Shown one piece after another: positions 30,405 through 40,298 of a stretch of 64,000 nucleotides of DNA (position 1 is the stretch's first letter; each line of letters opens with the position of its first letter). Position numbers and translations under genes: made by a program. Below the pieces are notes generated by a model, which made no database searches, was not told the origin of the DNA, and was given only the letters and a program-made list of their open reading frames with translations. Origin of the DNA: Bacteroidota bacterium (GTDB taxonomy: Bacteria; Bacteroidota; Bacteroidia; Bacteroidales; JAAAOM01); NCBI GenBank assembly GCA_009908855.1, contig JAAAOM010000011.1:52974-116973 (forward strand), written 5' to 3'.

Positions 30405-31532
30405 ATGAAAGGTGATATAAAAATCCTGAACTCATTTACATTTCGTGCTGCCATTGTGTTATTGGCACTGGTATTATTTACATTTAGCGTTATAAAAGCA
30501 CGGAATTTTTTATATCCCATAACCTTGGGATTTCTATTGGCATACCTGTTATTTCCGCTTGCTAATTTGCTGGAAAAAAATAAATTTCCGCGCATTTTAT
30601 CCATCATTATAAGCATTATTGTAGGTGTGGTAATTATCGGTAGTGTGGTAATGTTTTTTTATTCCCAGTTGACCATTTTGTTTGATGATTTTGAAAGCCT
30701 CAAAAAGAGTGCAAACCGTAATATAGAAACTTTGCAACACACCTTATCCGAAACATTTGGCATTACCGATAACCGTGTTGAGGTATTTCTCAAGAAACAG
30801 GTTAGCACTTTTTTCCAGTTCAGCAACCAAAGCCTTCAAAAACTATTTTCAAGCACAACCGGAACCATTTTCCGAATTGGTATACTACCGGTTTATGTTT
30901 TTCTGTTTCTGTATTACCGTACCAAATTTGCGTATTTTATTTTGAAGAAAGTAAGCAAAAAGCACGAACGCCTGGCACTTAATATTTTGAGAGACATTTC
31001 AACCGTTGCGGCAAAATATATGGGAGGTGTGAGTATTGTAGTATTTATTTTATGTATTCTCAACTCAACAGGTCTTATGATAATAGGGGTGAAATATGCC
31101 ATTTTGTTGGGAATTATTTCTGCAATATTTAATTTCATCCCATATTTTGGAACCCTTATGGGTGGTGCCGTTCCGTTACTTTTTGTGTTGCTTACATCGG
31201 CTGATCCGTCCACGATGGCTATTAGGGTTGTTGTGCTTTTTGTTATTATACAGTTTACCGAGAATAATATCTTAACCCCCAATATTGTGGGCGGATATGT
31301 TGACATTAACCCATTTTTTATTATTGTGGGATTAATTGCCGGCGGCATGATATGGGGTATACCGGGAATGTTAATTGTTGTGCCCATGCTGGCCATTGCG
31401 CGAATTATATTCAGAAATATTCCCGAACTGGAGGCTTACGCCTTTCTATTGGGTCCCAGAGGAACACAACAACATGCCCTGAGCTTTAAGAACATTAAAA
31501 AACTTGTAAAGTACCTGAAACCGAACAAATAA
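30405..31532 (+). CDS. AI-2E family transporter (PerM/UPF0118)
   Basis: 375 aa, multi-TM, with the conserved C-terminal block FIPYFGT...ENNILTPNIVG...INPFF. Confidence 0.85.
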   Translation: MKGDIKILNSFTFRAAIVLLALVLFTFSVIKARNFLYPITLGFLLAYLLFPLANLLEKNKFPRILSIIISIIVGVVIIGSVVMFFYSQLTILFDDFESLKKSANRNIETLQHTLSETFGITDNRVEVFLKKQVSTFFQFSNQSLQKLFSSTTGTIFRIGILPVYVFLFLYYRTKFAYFILKKVSKKHERLALNILRDISTVAAKYMGGVSIVVFILCILNSTGLMIIGVKYAILLGIISAIFNFIPYFGTLMGGAVPLLFVLLTSADPSTMAIRVVVLFVIIQFTENNILTPNIVGGYVDINPFFIIVGLIAGGMIWGIPGMLIVVPMLAIARIIFRNIPELEAYAFLLGPRGTQQHALSFKNIKKLVKYLKPNK

Positions 31533-31600
31533 AAAGGTTGTCGATAAATATTTACCGGTGGTAAAGCAAAAACTGTATTTTTACACCCGATTATTAAAAT

Positions 31601-32314
31601 ATGCCGCCTGCTATGTTGAAACAATGGTCTGTTTTTGTACTGTTCATTTTTGGTTCACTGTGTTTACAATCCTCGGGTGATAACAGTAACAATTATTTTT
31701 GGAAAACAGATAATAATCTGGATAGCATTTACTTTAACCGCTATCTGAATTTACAGGGTAACAAACCTGATTATCGTATATTTCTTTTGGCGATGCGTGG
31801 TTACGATAAATTAAAATCATCACAATTATTGTCCGATAAAAATATAATTTCCATCATTGATTATCGGTTGTCTTCCAATAAAGAGCGACTTTGGGTAATC
31901 GACCTTAACACAAACAGGGTGTTATACAATGTATTGGTTGCGCATGGCAAAAATACCGGTGAGGAATATGCTGTACAATTTTCAAATAACCAACGTTCAT
32001 GGCAAAGCAGTTTGGGATTTTTCATTACCGGAGATAAATACCTTGGAAAACATGGTTTATCGCTACGACTTGAAGGAATTGAAAAAGGTATTAACGATAA
32101 TGCCAGGCAACGGGCCATTGTTATGCACGGGGCCAATTACGTAAGTCATGCTTTCATTGAAAAAAACGGACGACTGGGAAGGAGCTTCGGTTGTCCGGCT
32201 GTTAGCTACCCGGTTCATAAGGAGATAATTGAGCTCATAGCCCGGCAAACCTGCTTATTTACCTATGCGCATCCCGAATACATAGCGCAATCGGAAATAC
32301 TGGCTGCTCCATAA
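31601..32314 (+). CDS. L,D-transpeptidase catalytic-domain family protein (YkuD_2-like)
   Basis: Signal peptide. IVMHGANYV...GRSFGCPAV catalytic His/Cys block. Confidence 0.75.
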   Translation: MPPAMLKQWSVFVLFIFGSLCLQSSGDNSNNYFWKTDNNLDSIYFNRYLNLQGNKPDYRIFLLAMRGYDKLKSSQLLSDKNIISIIDYRLSSNKERLWVIDLNTNRVLYNVLVAHGKNTGEEYAVQFSNNQRSWQSSLGFFITGDKYLGKHGLSLRLEGIEKGINDNARQRAIVMHGANYVSHAFIEKNGRLGRSFGCPAVSYPVHKEIIELIARQTCLFTYAHPEYIAQSEILAAP

Positions 32315-32437
32315 TTCTTTGCGAATTACCTGCTTTTTTTAGCAAAATATGTATGCAAATACCCCATTATTTTAATTGGATGCTTTTACATATTGGTCTT
32401 TGGCTTTCGCCCGTTTTCCTGGTTGGCCTTTTAATGG

Positions 32438-33556
32438 CTATTGCTTTTTATTGTCGGATGATTTATTAACTTTCTTACTTATATATTTCAAAAATGGTGT
32501 TTTTTTATAGCCAAAATCGCTGCTTAACAAAATGGCATAAGGTTCCAGCGATTCCACATGTTCAAAAATAACCTTTACGATGGCTATAAAAGGGATAAAC
32601 AATACCAATCCTGCTATGCCCCATAATACACCGCCTATCAGCAAGGCGAGGAGGGCAAAAAGCGGATTGATACTTACTCTTGAACCTACTATTTTGGGAG
32701 TAAGAATATTGCCCTCCAGGGTTTGTACCATTATATACCAGCTTACCACAAGCAATGCCGGTATAAGTGTTTCATTGTTTACTGCCGCATAAAGGGTAGG
32801 AAGCAGACCACCGATAAAAGTGCCAATATACGGGATGATGGCCAGGAACGCCGCAAAAAAGCCAAACAAAAACGGATAGTCAATTCCGATAATCCAAAGT
32901 CCAAAACCATTTAACAAACCCAATATCAGTATAATGAGAAACAATCCATAAAAATAGTGCTGGGCCACTTTCTGTATACTTGTCAAAACCTCTTCAATTT
33001 CCTCTTTTTTACGTTTACGTCTGAATTGATACAGAAAAAAATTCTTAAATGAGGTTCGGTACAGTAAAAATAAAAATGCATACACGAATACAAGTGCTAC
33101 ATTGGCCAGAAATGTAGTTGACAGGGTCAGGGTTTTTTCCAGAATGTTTATTGAATCGAAAAGCCTGCCTGATTTATTCTGCTTATAAAGCTCAATTAGT
33201 TCAACATTATTTCCGAGAATTTCAGCATCAATATAATCGATCATTTTTTTGGTAATGGCTTGTATATTATTACTAAAATCCTTTAAATTCTCAAACAGGG
33301 AGAAAAATTGCGAGCCAAAAAAATAAAACACACCGGTTAAAATGATAATAACCATTAAAAAGGCTACCAAAATTGCCGGTATTCGCATAATCCTTTTTTC
33401 CAGGTAATCGCATATCGGATAAAGCATAAATGCAAATAACAAGGCAAATGAAAGAGGGATTAATATTTGCCGGCCTACATAAAGCAAGCCCACGGAGATT
33501 GCAATTACCAACAGATAATTAACGATGCGGCCTAAATTTATACGGAATACACTCAT
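32438..33556 (-). CDS. AI-2E family transporter (second paralog)
   Basis: 372 aa with the same conserved block (IIPYIGT...EGNILTPKIVG...INPLF). Confidence 0.85.
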   Translation of the reverse strand: MSVFRINLGRIVNYLLVIAISVGLLYVGRQILIPLSFALLFAFMLYPICDYLEKRIMRIPAILVAFLMVIIILTGVFYFFGSQFFSLFENLKDFSNNIQAITKKMIDYIDAEILGNNVELIELYKQNKSGRLFDSINILEKTLTLSTTFLANVALVFVYAFLFLLYRTSFKNFFLYQFRRKRKKEEIEEVLTSIQKVAQHYFYGLFLIILILGLLNGFGLWIIGIDYPFLFGFFAAFLAIIPYIGTFIGGLLPTLYAAVNNETLIPALLVVSWYIMVQTLEGNILTPKIVGSRVSINPLFALLALLIGGVLWGIAGLVLFIPFIAIVKVIFEHVESLEPYAILLSSDFGYKKTPFLKYISKKVNKSSDNKKQ

Positions 33557-33822
33557 AAATAACCCAAATTGAAAGATTCTTCAGGATAAAGGTACAATTA
33601 AGAAGCCAACCATGTAAAAATAATTGGATTTGTTATTGAACAATTAATGCAGTAAATTATTACTACTATGTGCGAACTTTTTCCACATTGCACCTGTTGT
33701 AAATGAGGTTGATCTTCACAAAACAGGCAAATTTCATTAGTTTTATAGATTGTCATTCATTTGGCAGGATTTTTTTAGACCTTATAATGAACTTTATTGT
33801 TTAATCTTAAAACAGGAATATT

Positions 33823-34167
33823 ATGTCAAAATCAACAAACACATTAGTTGGATTTATTTTAGGAGCAGCTGCCGGAGCAGCAGCAGGTATTTTACTGGCA
33901 CCCGATAAGGGCTCCAAAACGCGAAAAAAATTAAGTAAGAACATGGAAGACAGCACGGCTGAATTACGTCATAATATCGATGCAAAGGTTAAAGACCTGA
34001 AAGATTATATGACTGATTTTGTGGATGATGTAAAAGATCGATTCAAAAATCTTGAATCAGAAGTTACCGATAAAGCCAAAACGGCACAGAAAGAAACGGC
34101 ACAGAAAGTAAAAGACAGTGCTGAGAAAGTAGCCAGTAAAGCCTCACAGGCAGCTTCTTCTAACTAA
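33823..34167 (+). CDS. YtxH domain-containing protein
   Basis: N-terminal LVGFILGAAAGAAAGILLAPDKGSKTRKKL followed by a charged helical tail. Confidence 0.85.
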   Translation: MSKSTNTLVGFILGAAAGAAAGILLAPDKGSKTRKKLSKNMEDSTAELRHNIDAKVKDLKDYMTDFVDDVKDRFKNLESEVTDKAKTAQKETAQKVKDSAEKVASKASQAASSN

Positions 34168-34190
34168 TTCACATGTTTGGGAATTATTTT

Positions 34191-34247
34191 TCATCCGGAC
34201 TCTGTTGCTGCTATTACCTGCAAAAGCAGAGTGTGGATGATTTTTTT
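34191..34247 (+). terminator. Terminator-like hairpin with T7 run
   Basis: TCATCCGGACTCTG pairs with CAGAGTGTGGATGA (14 bp, 2 central mismatches), then TTTTTTT. Confidence 0.45.
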
Positions 34248-34273
34248 ACATCAAAAACAAATACGCTTTATAG

Positions 34274-34639
34274 ATGAAAGGAAAAACACTATCAGATAAT
34301 TTTGCTGAGTTAAATGAAATCGTAAGAAGTTATCTAAATGCCCGATATGATTACCTCAGAATACTTATTCTCGAAAAGCTAACGAAAATTGGTACATATT
34401 TTATCACCACCTTATCCCTGGTCACTATATTTCTGTTTGTATTGCTCTTTTTAACTTTTGCTTTTAGTTTTTGGTATAGTCAGCATGTTGGAGAAATATC
34501 TGAAGCCTTTCTGATTTGTGCCGGTTTTTACTTAATATTAGGCATCATCGTGTATGCTCTCAGGAAACCTTTATTTTCCGGCAGTATTGTAAGAAACATT
34601 TCAGATATATTATTTCCTGAAAACGAAGATGAAATCTAA
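34274..34639 (+). CDS. Small two-TM membrane protein (phage-holin-family-like; usual partner of YtxH genes)
   Basis: 121 aa with two long hydrophobic helices. The family call is from gene context and memory only. Confidence 0.5.
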   Translation: MKGKTLSDNFAELNEIVRSYLNARYDYLRILILEKLTKIGTYFITTLSLVTIFLFVLLFLTFAFSFWYSQHVGEISEAFLICAGFYLILGIIVYALRKPLFSGSIVRNISDILFPENEDEI

Positions 34640-34651
34640 AACACCTGTGAA

Positions 34652-34885
34652 ATGAGCAAAAAGTTTAAAAATTTTACTGAGGTTCTTGTGGCCAAAGAAC
34701 GTTACAAATACAAATTGAAAACCAAAGAAGAAGAATTACTTATTGGTGTTGACGAATTTCGATATGGCATACTTGATTCGGCCCGGAACTCAGTATTTAA
34801 AATGGGAACCAAAGCACTAACAGGATTGGTTATTAATCTTATAAGAAAAAGATACCGTAACCGGAAATCAAAAAGCGCCTCCTAA
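34652..34885 (+). CDS. Small basic hypothetical protein
   Basis: 77-aa ORF 12 nt after the previous gene. Third member of the YtxH cluster. Confidence 0.45.
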   Translation: MSKKFKNFTEVLVAKERYKYKLKTKEEELLIGVDEFRYGILDSARNSVFKMGTKALTGLVINLIRKRYRNRKSKSAS

Positions 34886-34977
34886 ACCATTCGCGCGGTT
34901 ATACTACCTACACTAATATCACGTGCTTTAGACTGTGACTGTAACCGCTGTTTCGTGCTAATACCAGCCACTGATTT

Positions 34978-35147
34978 TCGGGTTGCCGCAATTATTAAAA
35001 TGGTAATATACTACGGTTGGGTCAGTCTGCTTTATCGTATAAAGTCCTGACAACCCTTTCCTGAAGGGGCACACCAGCGCGCTTGCATCCCCTTAGCGGC
35101 TGTCCTGACTAGGGAGAGAGGAGAGAGGGTGAGCGAAGGCAACCGGC
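34978..35147. other. GC-rich, highly self-complementary intergenic segment (candidate structured RNA or degenerate repeat element)
   Basis: GGTTGCC (34981-34987) pairs with GGCAACC (35138-35144). Hairpin 35021-35051 (GTCAG..CTTTAT cgt ATAAAG..CTGAC). 8-bp direct repeat GTCCTGAC at 35044 and 35102. Palindrome AGCGCGCT at 35076-35083. Purine tract at 35111-35139. Confidence 0.3.
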
Positions 35148-35311
35148 AGTTTAGATATAAAATTTCACAACTGTTGTATTATTTCCTCAATGCAGGCTGA
35201 TAATTTTCAACAATTGTTTTGTAACATAGTAAAGTTTAATTTGTTATAAAGTAAGAACGAACATGGCATATTTTTTATACATCAATTAGAAACATAAAAC
35301 ATGAAATAACC

Positions 35312-36154
35312 ATGAACCAGATTTTACTCCTCACAAATCCTTATGAATATGCACAAAATACGCTTGAATACGGACTGAAGCTGGCCTCCGAATTAGAAAG
35401 TGAAGTACGGGTGTTGCATGTGGTTGACCAAAAAGAAGAGGAATGGTTTCCTGAGCACGGATCGGAAGAGTCGTTTCCTGAATCTGACAGCTATGATGAA
35501 ATGCTCGAAAAAGAACGTGTGGTGCGCAGTGAGCAAATTCATAAATGGATCAGTCATTACAGTGCTGAGCTTGCCAGACAGCAACCCATTACGCTCAGTG
35601 TAGATGTAGGTTTTGTCAGGCATGTTGTGCGTAATTATATCCGACAAAATGAAGTATCCCTTATTCTTGTTTGTCAACACCAGGCCTCGAGCCATAATTA
35701 CGGAATATCCCTTTCGCAGTCCTTTAATATTCCGGTATTAATATGTAATCCTGAAAATAAATATGTTAAACCGGGAAATTTTATTTTTGGAACCAGTTAT
35801 GAGGAAAAAGATATAGATGTATTGCATCAACTAACACAATTTGCTGATAAATTGCAGGCCAATATTCAGGTTGTTCATGTAGCCCGAAAAGTTGATTTTA
35901 AAGAAAAGCTTCAGGCGACGGGTTTTCAACGACAAATCCAGGAAAAAATTGATTACAAACCCGTTCATTTTCAAAGCGCGCAAAGCTCCGGTATAAAAAA
36001 AGGATTACTAACTGTTACACAAAATGCACTGGGTGATGTGATTGTACTGGGCAAAAAGAAAAAAAATATTTTTCAGGAATTGGTCAGTAGCCACAGTGTG
36101 CGGCAAATTGTTAACGAGAGTGAAAAACCAGTTTTAGTTTTTCCTTTTTCTTAA
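35312..36154 (+). CDS. Universal stress protein family protein (tandem USP)
   Basis: 280 aa with two USP-like halves. Confidence 0.7.
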   Translation: MNQILLLTNPYEYAQNTLEYGLKLASELESEVRVLHVVDQKEEEWFPEHGSEESFPESDSYDEMLEKERVVRSEQIHKWISHYSAELARQQPITLSVDVGFVRHVVRNYIRQNEVSLILVCQHQASSHNYGISLSQSFNIPVLICNPENKYVKPGNFIFGTSYEEKDIDVLHQLTQFADKLQANIQVVHVARKVDFKEKLQATGFQRQIQEKIDYKPVHFQSAQSSGIKKGLLTVTQNALGDVIVLGKKKKNIFQELVSSHSVRQIVNESEKPVLVFPFS

Positions 36155-36197
36155 GCGTTAAATGTTATAACATTGCTTTACAAAAGCCTTAGCGGAA

Positions 36198-36977
36198 ATG
36201 AACAGAGTACCTGAATTTTATAAGGGAATTGAAAATTTTTTTGTTGAAGTAGCATTGATTGTTCGCTTTACAGGATTAATTTTCACCAACCTTTTTAAGC
36301 CACCCTTTGAGCATCGTGAATTGGGCCGACAATTATATCACATGGGGTATAAGTCGGTTGCGCTAATAGGCATTACCGGATTTATACTGGGATTGGTTTT
36401 AACCCTGCAGTCGCGTCCGGTATTGGTCGATTTTGGTGCCGAATCCATGCTCCCGGGTATGGTTACCGTATCCATTTTCAGGGAAATAGGCCCGGTTATT
36501 ACCGCCCTGCTTTGTGCCGGTAAAATAAGCTCGGGCATTGGGGCCGAGTTAGGATCCATGCGCGTAACCGAACAAATCGACGCCATGGAGGTATCCGGCA
36601 CCAATCCAATGAGTTTTGTGGTTGCCACCCGTGTAATGGCTACTTCCATTATGGTTCCGTTACTGGCTGTATTTGCCTCAACTATAGCAGTAGTTGGCTC
36701 TTATGTGGCGGTAAACATGTATTCGAATATGAGTTGGGCGTTATATGTATCCCTGTCATTTGATGTTGTTGCATTCTCTGATATTGTACCCTCTTTTCTG
36801 AAATCCATTGTATTCGGATTTTTTATTGGTCTGATTGGTTGTTATAAAGGATATTATGCCATGTCAGGCACCGAATCAGTCGGAAGAGCCGCTAATTCAG
36901 CAGTAGTAACGGCATCACTGGTTATTTTTATAATTGATCTGATTGCCGTGCAGGTCATTGAATTGGTTTACCCTTAA
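36198..36977 (+). CDS. mlaE: MlaE-family ABC transporter permease
   Basis: 259 aa. Conserved REIGPVITALLCAGKISSGIGAELGSMRVTEQIDA block. Confidence 0.9.
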   Translation: MNRVPEFYKGIENFFVEVALIVRFTGLIFTNLFKPPFEHRELGRQLYHMGYKSVALIGITGFILGLVLTLQSRPVLVDFGAESMLPGMVTVSIFREIGPVITALLCAGKISSGIGAELGSMRVTEQIDAMEVSGTNPMSFVVATRVMATSIMVPLLAVFASTIAVVGSYVAVNMYSNMSWALYVSLSFDVVAFSDIVPSFLKSIVFGFFIGLIGCYKGYYAMSGTESVGRAANSAVVTASLVIFIIDLIAVQVIELVYP

Positions 36978-36987
36978 TTTGCAAAGA

Positions 36988-37719
36988 ATGGGCGATAAAG
37001 TAATTGAGATTGAAGGTTTGAAAAAAAGTTTTGGCGACAACCATGTGTTGAAAAATATCAACCTTGAACTTAATCGTGGCAAAAACATTGCCGTTATCGG
37101 GAAATCGGGCATTGGTAAATCGGTATTAACCAAATGCATTGTTCGTTTAATTCAACCTGACGAGGGAAAAGTGGTTGTATTGGGTAAGGAAGTACCGTTA
37201 TTGGATATTGATGAATTAGACCAGCTGAGGAAAAGAGTGGGTTACCTTTTTCAGGGTGGGGCGTTGTATGACTCAATGACCGTGCGTGAAAACCTTGAAT
37301 TTCCGATACGACGTACGCAATTATCCAAACAAAATGCTGAGCTCAAAGGCCTTGTTGAAGACGCGCTGGAGAGTGTAGGCCTGATCGACGCCATTGATAA
37401 AATGCCATCTGAATTATCCGGTGGTATGCGCAAAAGGGTTGGACTGGCTCGTACACTCATTTTAAAACCTGAAATAATATTATACGACGAACCCACTACC
37501 GGTCTCGATCCCGTTACTTCATTGGGTATAAGCGAACTGATTATGTCCGTTCAGGAAAAATTAAATAATTCAAGCATTATCATAACACATGATATTAAAT
37601 GCGCGCGTATCACTTCAAATGAAATAAAACTATTGAAAGACGGCACTTTTTATGCATCGGGCACGTTTGAAGAACTAAAGAAAAGTAAGGAAAAAGAGAT
37701 TAGTGCCTATTTTAATTAA
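36988..37719 (+). CDS. mlaF: MlaF-like ABC transporter ATP-binding protein
   Basis: Start at ATG 36988 (MGDKVIEIEGL). Walker A GKSGIGKS, signature LSGGMRKRV, Walker B ILYDEPT. Confidence 0.9.
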   Translation: MGDKVIEIEGLKKSFGDNHVLKNINLELNRGKNIAVIGKSGIGKSVLTKCIVRLIQPDEGKVVVLGKEVPLLDIDELDQLRKRVGYLFQGGALYDSMTVRENLEFPIRRTQLSKQNAELKGLVEDALESVGLIDAIDKMPSELSGGMRKRVGLARTLILKPEIILYDEPTTGLDPVTSLGISELIMSVQEKLNNSSIIITHDIKCARITSNEIKLLKDGTFYASGTFEELKKSKEKEISAYFN

Positions 37720-37734
37720 CGAATATTTAGAAAA

Positions 37735-38685
37735 ATGAGAAATACCAAAGCACAAAACCTCAAATTGGGAATTTTCATTGTCATCAGCTTGTTTCTGTTT
37801 ATTGCCGCTATCTATTATTTGGGTAAGCAGCAAAATCTTTTTCAGCGGGTTACAAAAATATACGCCTATTTTGATGACATAAAAGGGCTTAAAGTAGGGA
37901 ATAGTATCCTTTTCTCCGGAATTCATGCCGGAACCGTAGCTGATTTAACCATTGTGAATGATTCAACCATAAAGGTTGAAATGATCATTAATAATGAGGT
38001 TACGCCGTTTATTAAAAAGGACTCAAAAGTAGAAATCAGCAATGAAGGTGTGATTGGAAATAAAATAATCAATATTTATCCCGGATCAGCTGATTTTGGA
38101 AGCGTTGAAGAAGGGGACAGGCTTCCGGTAAGACAAACCCTTAATGTTGAAGATGTTATGAAAGAAGCCATGGAAATAGTAAGGCAGGCCAAAACGTTTA
38201 GCGAAGATATGACCCTGTTATCCAAAAAAGTGGTTGAGGGGAATGGCGTATTGGGAACCCTCATTAACAATCAGCATCTGCAACAAGACCTGCTACAATC
38301 TGTAAACGACCTGAAAGAAACCTCTGTACGAATGAATCGAATTATCACTTCTATTGATGAAGGAAAAGGCGATTTGGGTAAAATGGTAAACAATGATTAT
38401 TTAACCAATGATGTTGATACCATGCTTGCAAAAATACATTCCATTAGCCTAAAATTGGACAATGTATCACAGGAGTTGGTTCAAACTACCCGGCAAATAA
38501 ATAATGGTCAGGGACTTGTAACCAAATTGCTTTACGATTCAACACTGACAACGGATGTGGATTCAACACTCCTAAAAGCCGGCCAAAGCATTGATGAAAT
38601 TCGCTCGGCGGCCACGGCTATTGAAAATGCATGGATCGTGAATCTTTTTTCAAAGAAGGACAAAAAGAAAGATAAGGATAAATAG
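37735..38685 (+). CDS. mlaD: MlaD / MCE-domain protein
   Basis: N-terminal TM, an MCE domain (GLKVGNSILFSGIHAGTV) and a long helical C-terminus. Confidence 0.85.
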   Translation: MRNTKAQNLKLGIFIVISLFLFIAAIYYLGKQQNLFQRVTKIYAYFDDIKGLKVGNSILFSGIHAGTVADLTIVNDSTIKVEMIINNEVTPFIKKDSKVEISNEGVIGNKIINIYPGSADFGSVEEGDRLPVRQTLNVEDVMKEAMEIVRQAKTFSEDMTLLSKKVVEGNGVLGTLINNQHLQQDLLQSVNDLKETSVRMNRIITSIDEGKGDLGKMVNNDYLTNDVDTMLAKIHSISLKLDNVSQELVQTTRQINNGQGLVTKLLYDSTLTTDVDSTLLKAGQSIDEIRSAATAIENAWIVNLFSKKDKKKDKDK

Positions 38686-38774
38686 AATTTTACTATCATA
38701 TTAATAAAATACATTGTTGTTTGATGACGTTTAATGTTTTTAGACATACAGATATAAAATTATAAAACGAAAAA

Positions 38775-39272
38775 ATGAAAAAGATTGTTATTGGCCTGCT
38801 ATTATGCGGTGCATGGCTTATAAATGCCAAAGCACAGAGTGATTATAAAACATCCATTGGTATTAGGCTCGGAGCAGCCAACGGATTAACCGTAAAGCAC
38901 TTTACATCTGATGCTACCTCGCTCGAAGGAATTCTTTCAACACGCTGGGATGGATTTATTATTACAGGCTTGTACGAAATTAACCAGGATGTATTTGATA
39001 CCCGCAATTTTAATTTCTATTACGGTGGCGGTGCACATGTTGGTTTCTGGGATCTTAATAACCGTCCAACGCCCTGGGATAGCCGGGATGATGAATTTGA
39101 TGACAATAGCTATGTTGCCATTGGCATTGACGGCATTGTGGGTTTGGAATATACATTTGACGAAGTTCCCTTTAATCTATCCCTGGACTGGAAACCTGCT
39201 TTCAACCTTATTGAAGACACTGGTTTTTGGTTTGAACATTTTGGCTTATCGGTAAGGTTTATATTCCCTTAA
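38775..39272 (+). CDS. Small outer-membrane beta-barrel protein
   Basis: Signal peptide, alternating aromatic/glycine beta-strand pattern and a C-terminal aromatic residue. Confidence 0.55.
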   Translation: MKKIVIGLLLCGAWLINAKAQSDYKTSIGIRLGAANGLTVKHFTSDATSLEGILSTRWDGFIITGLYEINQDVFDTRNFNFYYGGGAHVGFWDLNNRPTPWDSRDDEFDDNSYVAIGIDGIVGLEYTFDEVPFNLSLDWKPAFNLIEDTGFWFEHFGLSVRFIFP

Positions 39273-39359
39273 TAAATAATTTAGTTAAATGAAGTGTTTG
39301 GTTTAATGAATATATTGTAACTTGACTCCTGATTACAATAATCCTTAAACCGTTAAATC

Positions 39360-40283
39360 ATGAAAATCCTTCTTACATCAATCTTCATTACCGTTTTAAG
39401 CAGTTTTGCTTTTTCACAGTCCGTTGAATTAAAGTATAACCTGGATAAAGATAAAACCTACAAAGTAAAATCGTCAAGTATCCAGGATCAAACTGTGACC
39501 ATGCAAGGCATGGAAAGAAAATCGGAAACCAGGAGCATTTCTTATTTTTCGCTTAAAATGCTGGACCCCAAGCCTGATTTCTTTATTGCTGAAGTAAAAT
39601 TCGACACGTTAAAAACAACCATTAGCATGCCTCCCATGGAATTAACTTCTGCTAAAAAAGGAGATATCAACTCTGAAGAGGTGGGAGAAGTATCCAATTG
39701 TATCCTAAACCGGCTGAGCAATAGTACATTGGTTGTAAGAATGGATTACACGGGCCATGTACAGGAAATAATGAATCACCGGGTGATAAAAGAAACGGTG
39801 CTGGCAGGTACGGACTCCCTCAAAGGGCAGGCAGCCATGGCCAAAGGACAATTGGAAATGATCGCCTCAAAAGATGCTTTAATTGGTATGATTGAAGGTG
39901 TAACAGCCTATTTGCCGAATAAAGAAGTTAAAAAAGGTGATTCATGGGAATCTTCTTTTATTAGCAAGAACGGAGGCGTGGGCATGAACATCAGCAGTAA
40001 TTTAAAGCTGAAGGAGTTTTTCAAAAAGAATGCTGTTATAGAAGGCGATGTTGTTGCCGAACCGGAATCTTCCGAACCGACCGTGATGAACGGTGCAGAA
40101 ATAACCAATGAACTTAGAGGGCTGGGGAAATCAACTATTGAAATTGATCCCGAAACCGGTTGGATCATAAGTAGCTCATCAAAAATCCAATTATCCGGAA
40201 ATATGCATATAAAAGCCCAAGGGCAAAATATGACCATGCCTGTTGAAAGTATTATCACCGGTGAATCCATGGTGATTGAATAG
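39360..40283 (+). CDS. Hypothetical secreted protein
   Basis: 307-aa ORF with a signal peptide. No family recognised. Confidence 0.6.
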   Translation: MKILLTSIFITVLSSFAFSQSVELKYNLDKDKTYKVKSSSIQDQTVTMQGMERKSETRSISYFSLKMLDPKPDFFIAEVKFDTLKTTISMPPMELTSAKKGDINSEEVGEVSNCILNRLSNSTLVVRMDYTGHVQEIMNHRVIKETVLAGTDSLKGQAAMAKGQLEMIASKDALIGMIEGVTAYLPNKEVKKGDSWESSFISKNGGVGMNISSNLKLKEFFKKNAVIEGDVVAEPESSEPTVMNGAEITNELRGLGKSTIEIDPETGWIISSSSKIQLSGNMHIKAQGQNMTMPVESIITGESMVIE

Positions 40284-40298
40284 CTTTTACATGTAACT

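Noticed and set aside
34967-34973. GCCACTG resembling part of a cobalamin riboswitch core
   Set aside because: It is an isolated 7-mer. I could not find the other conserved cobalamin-riboswitch elements, and the downstream gene (USP) is not a B12-related gene.
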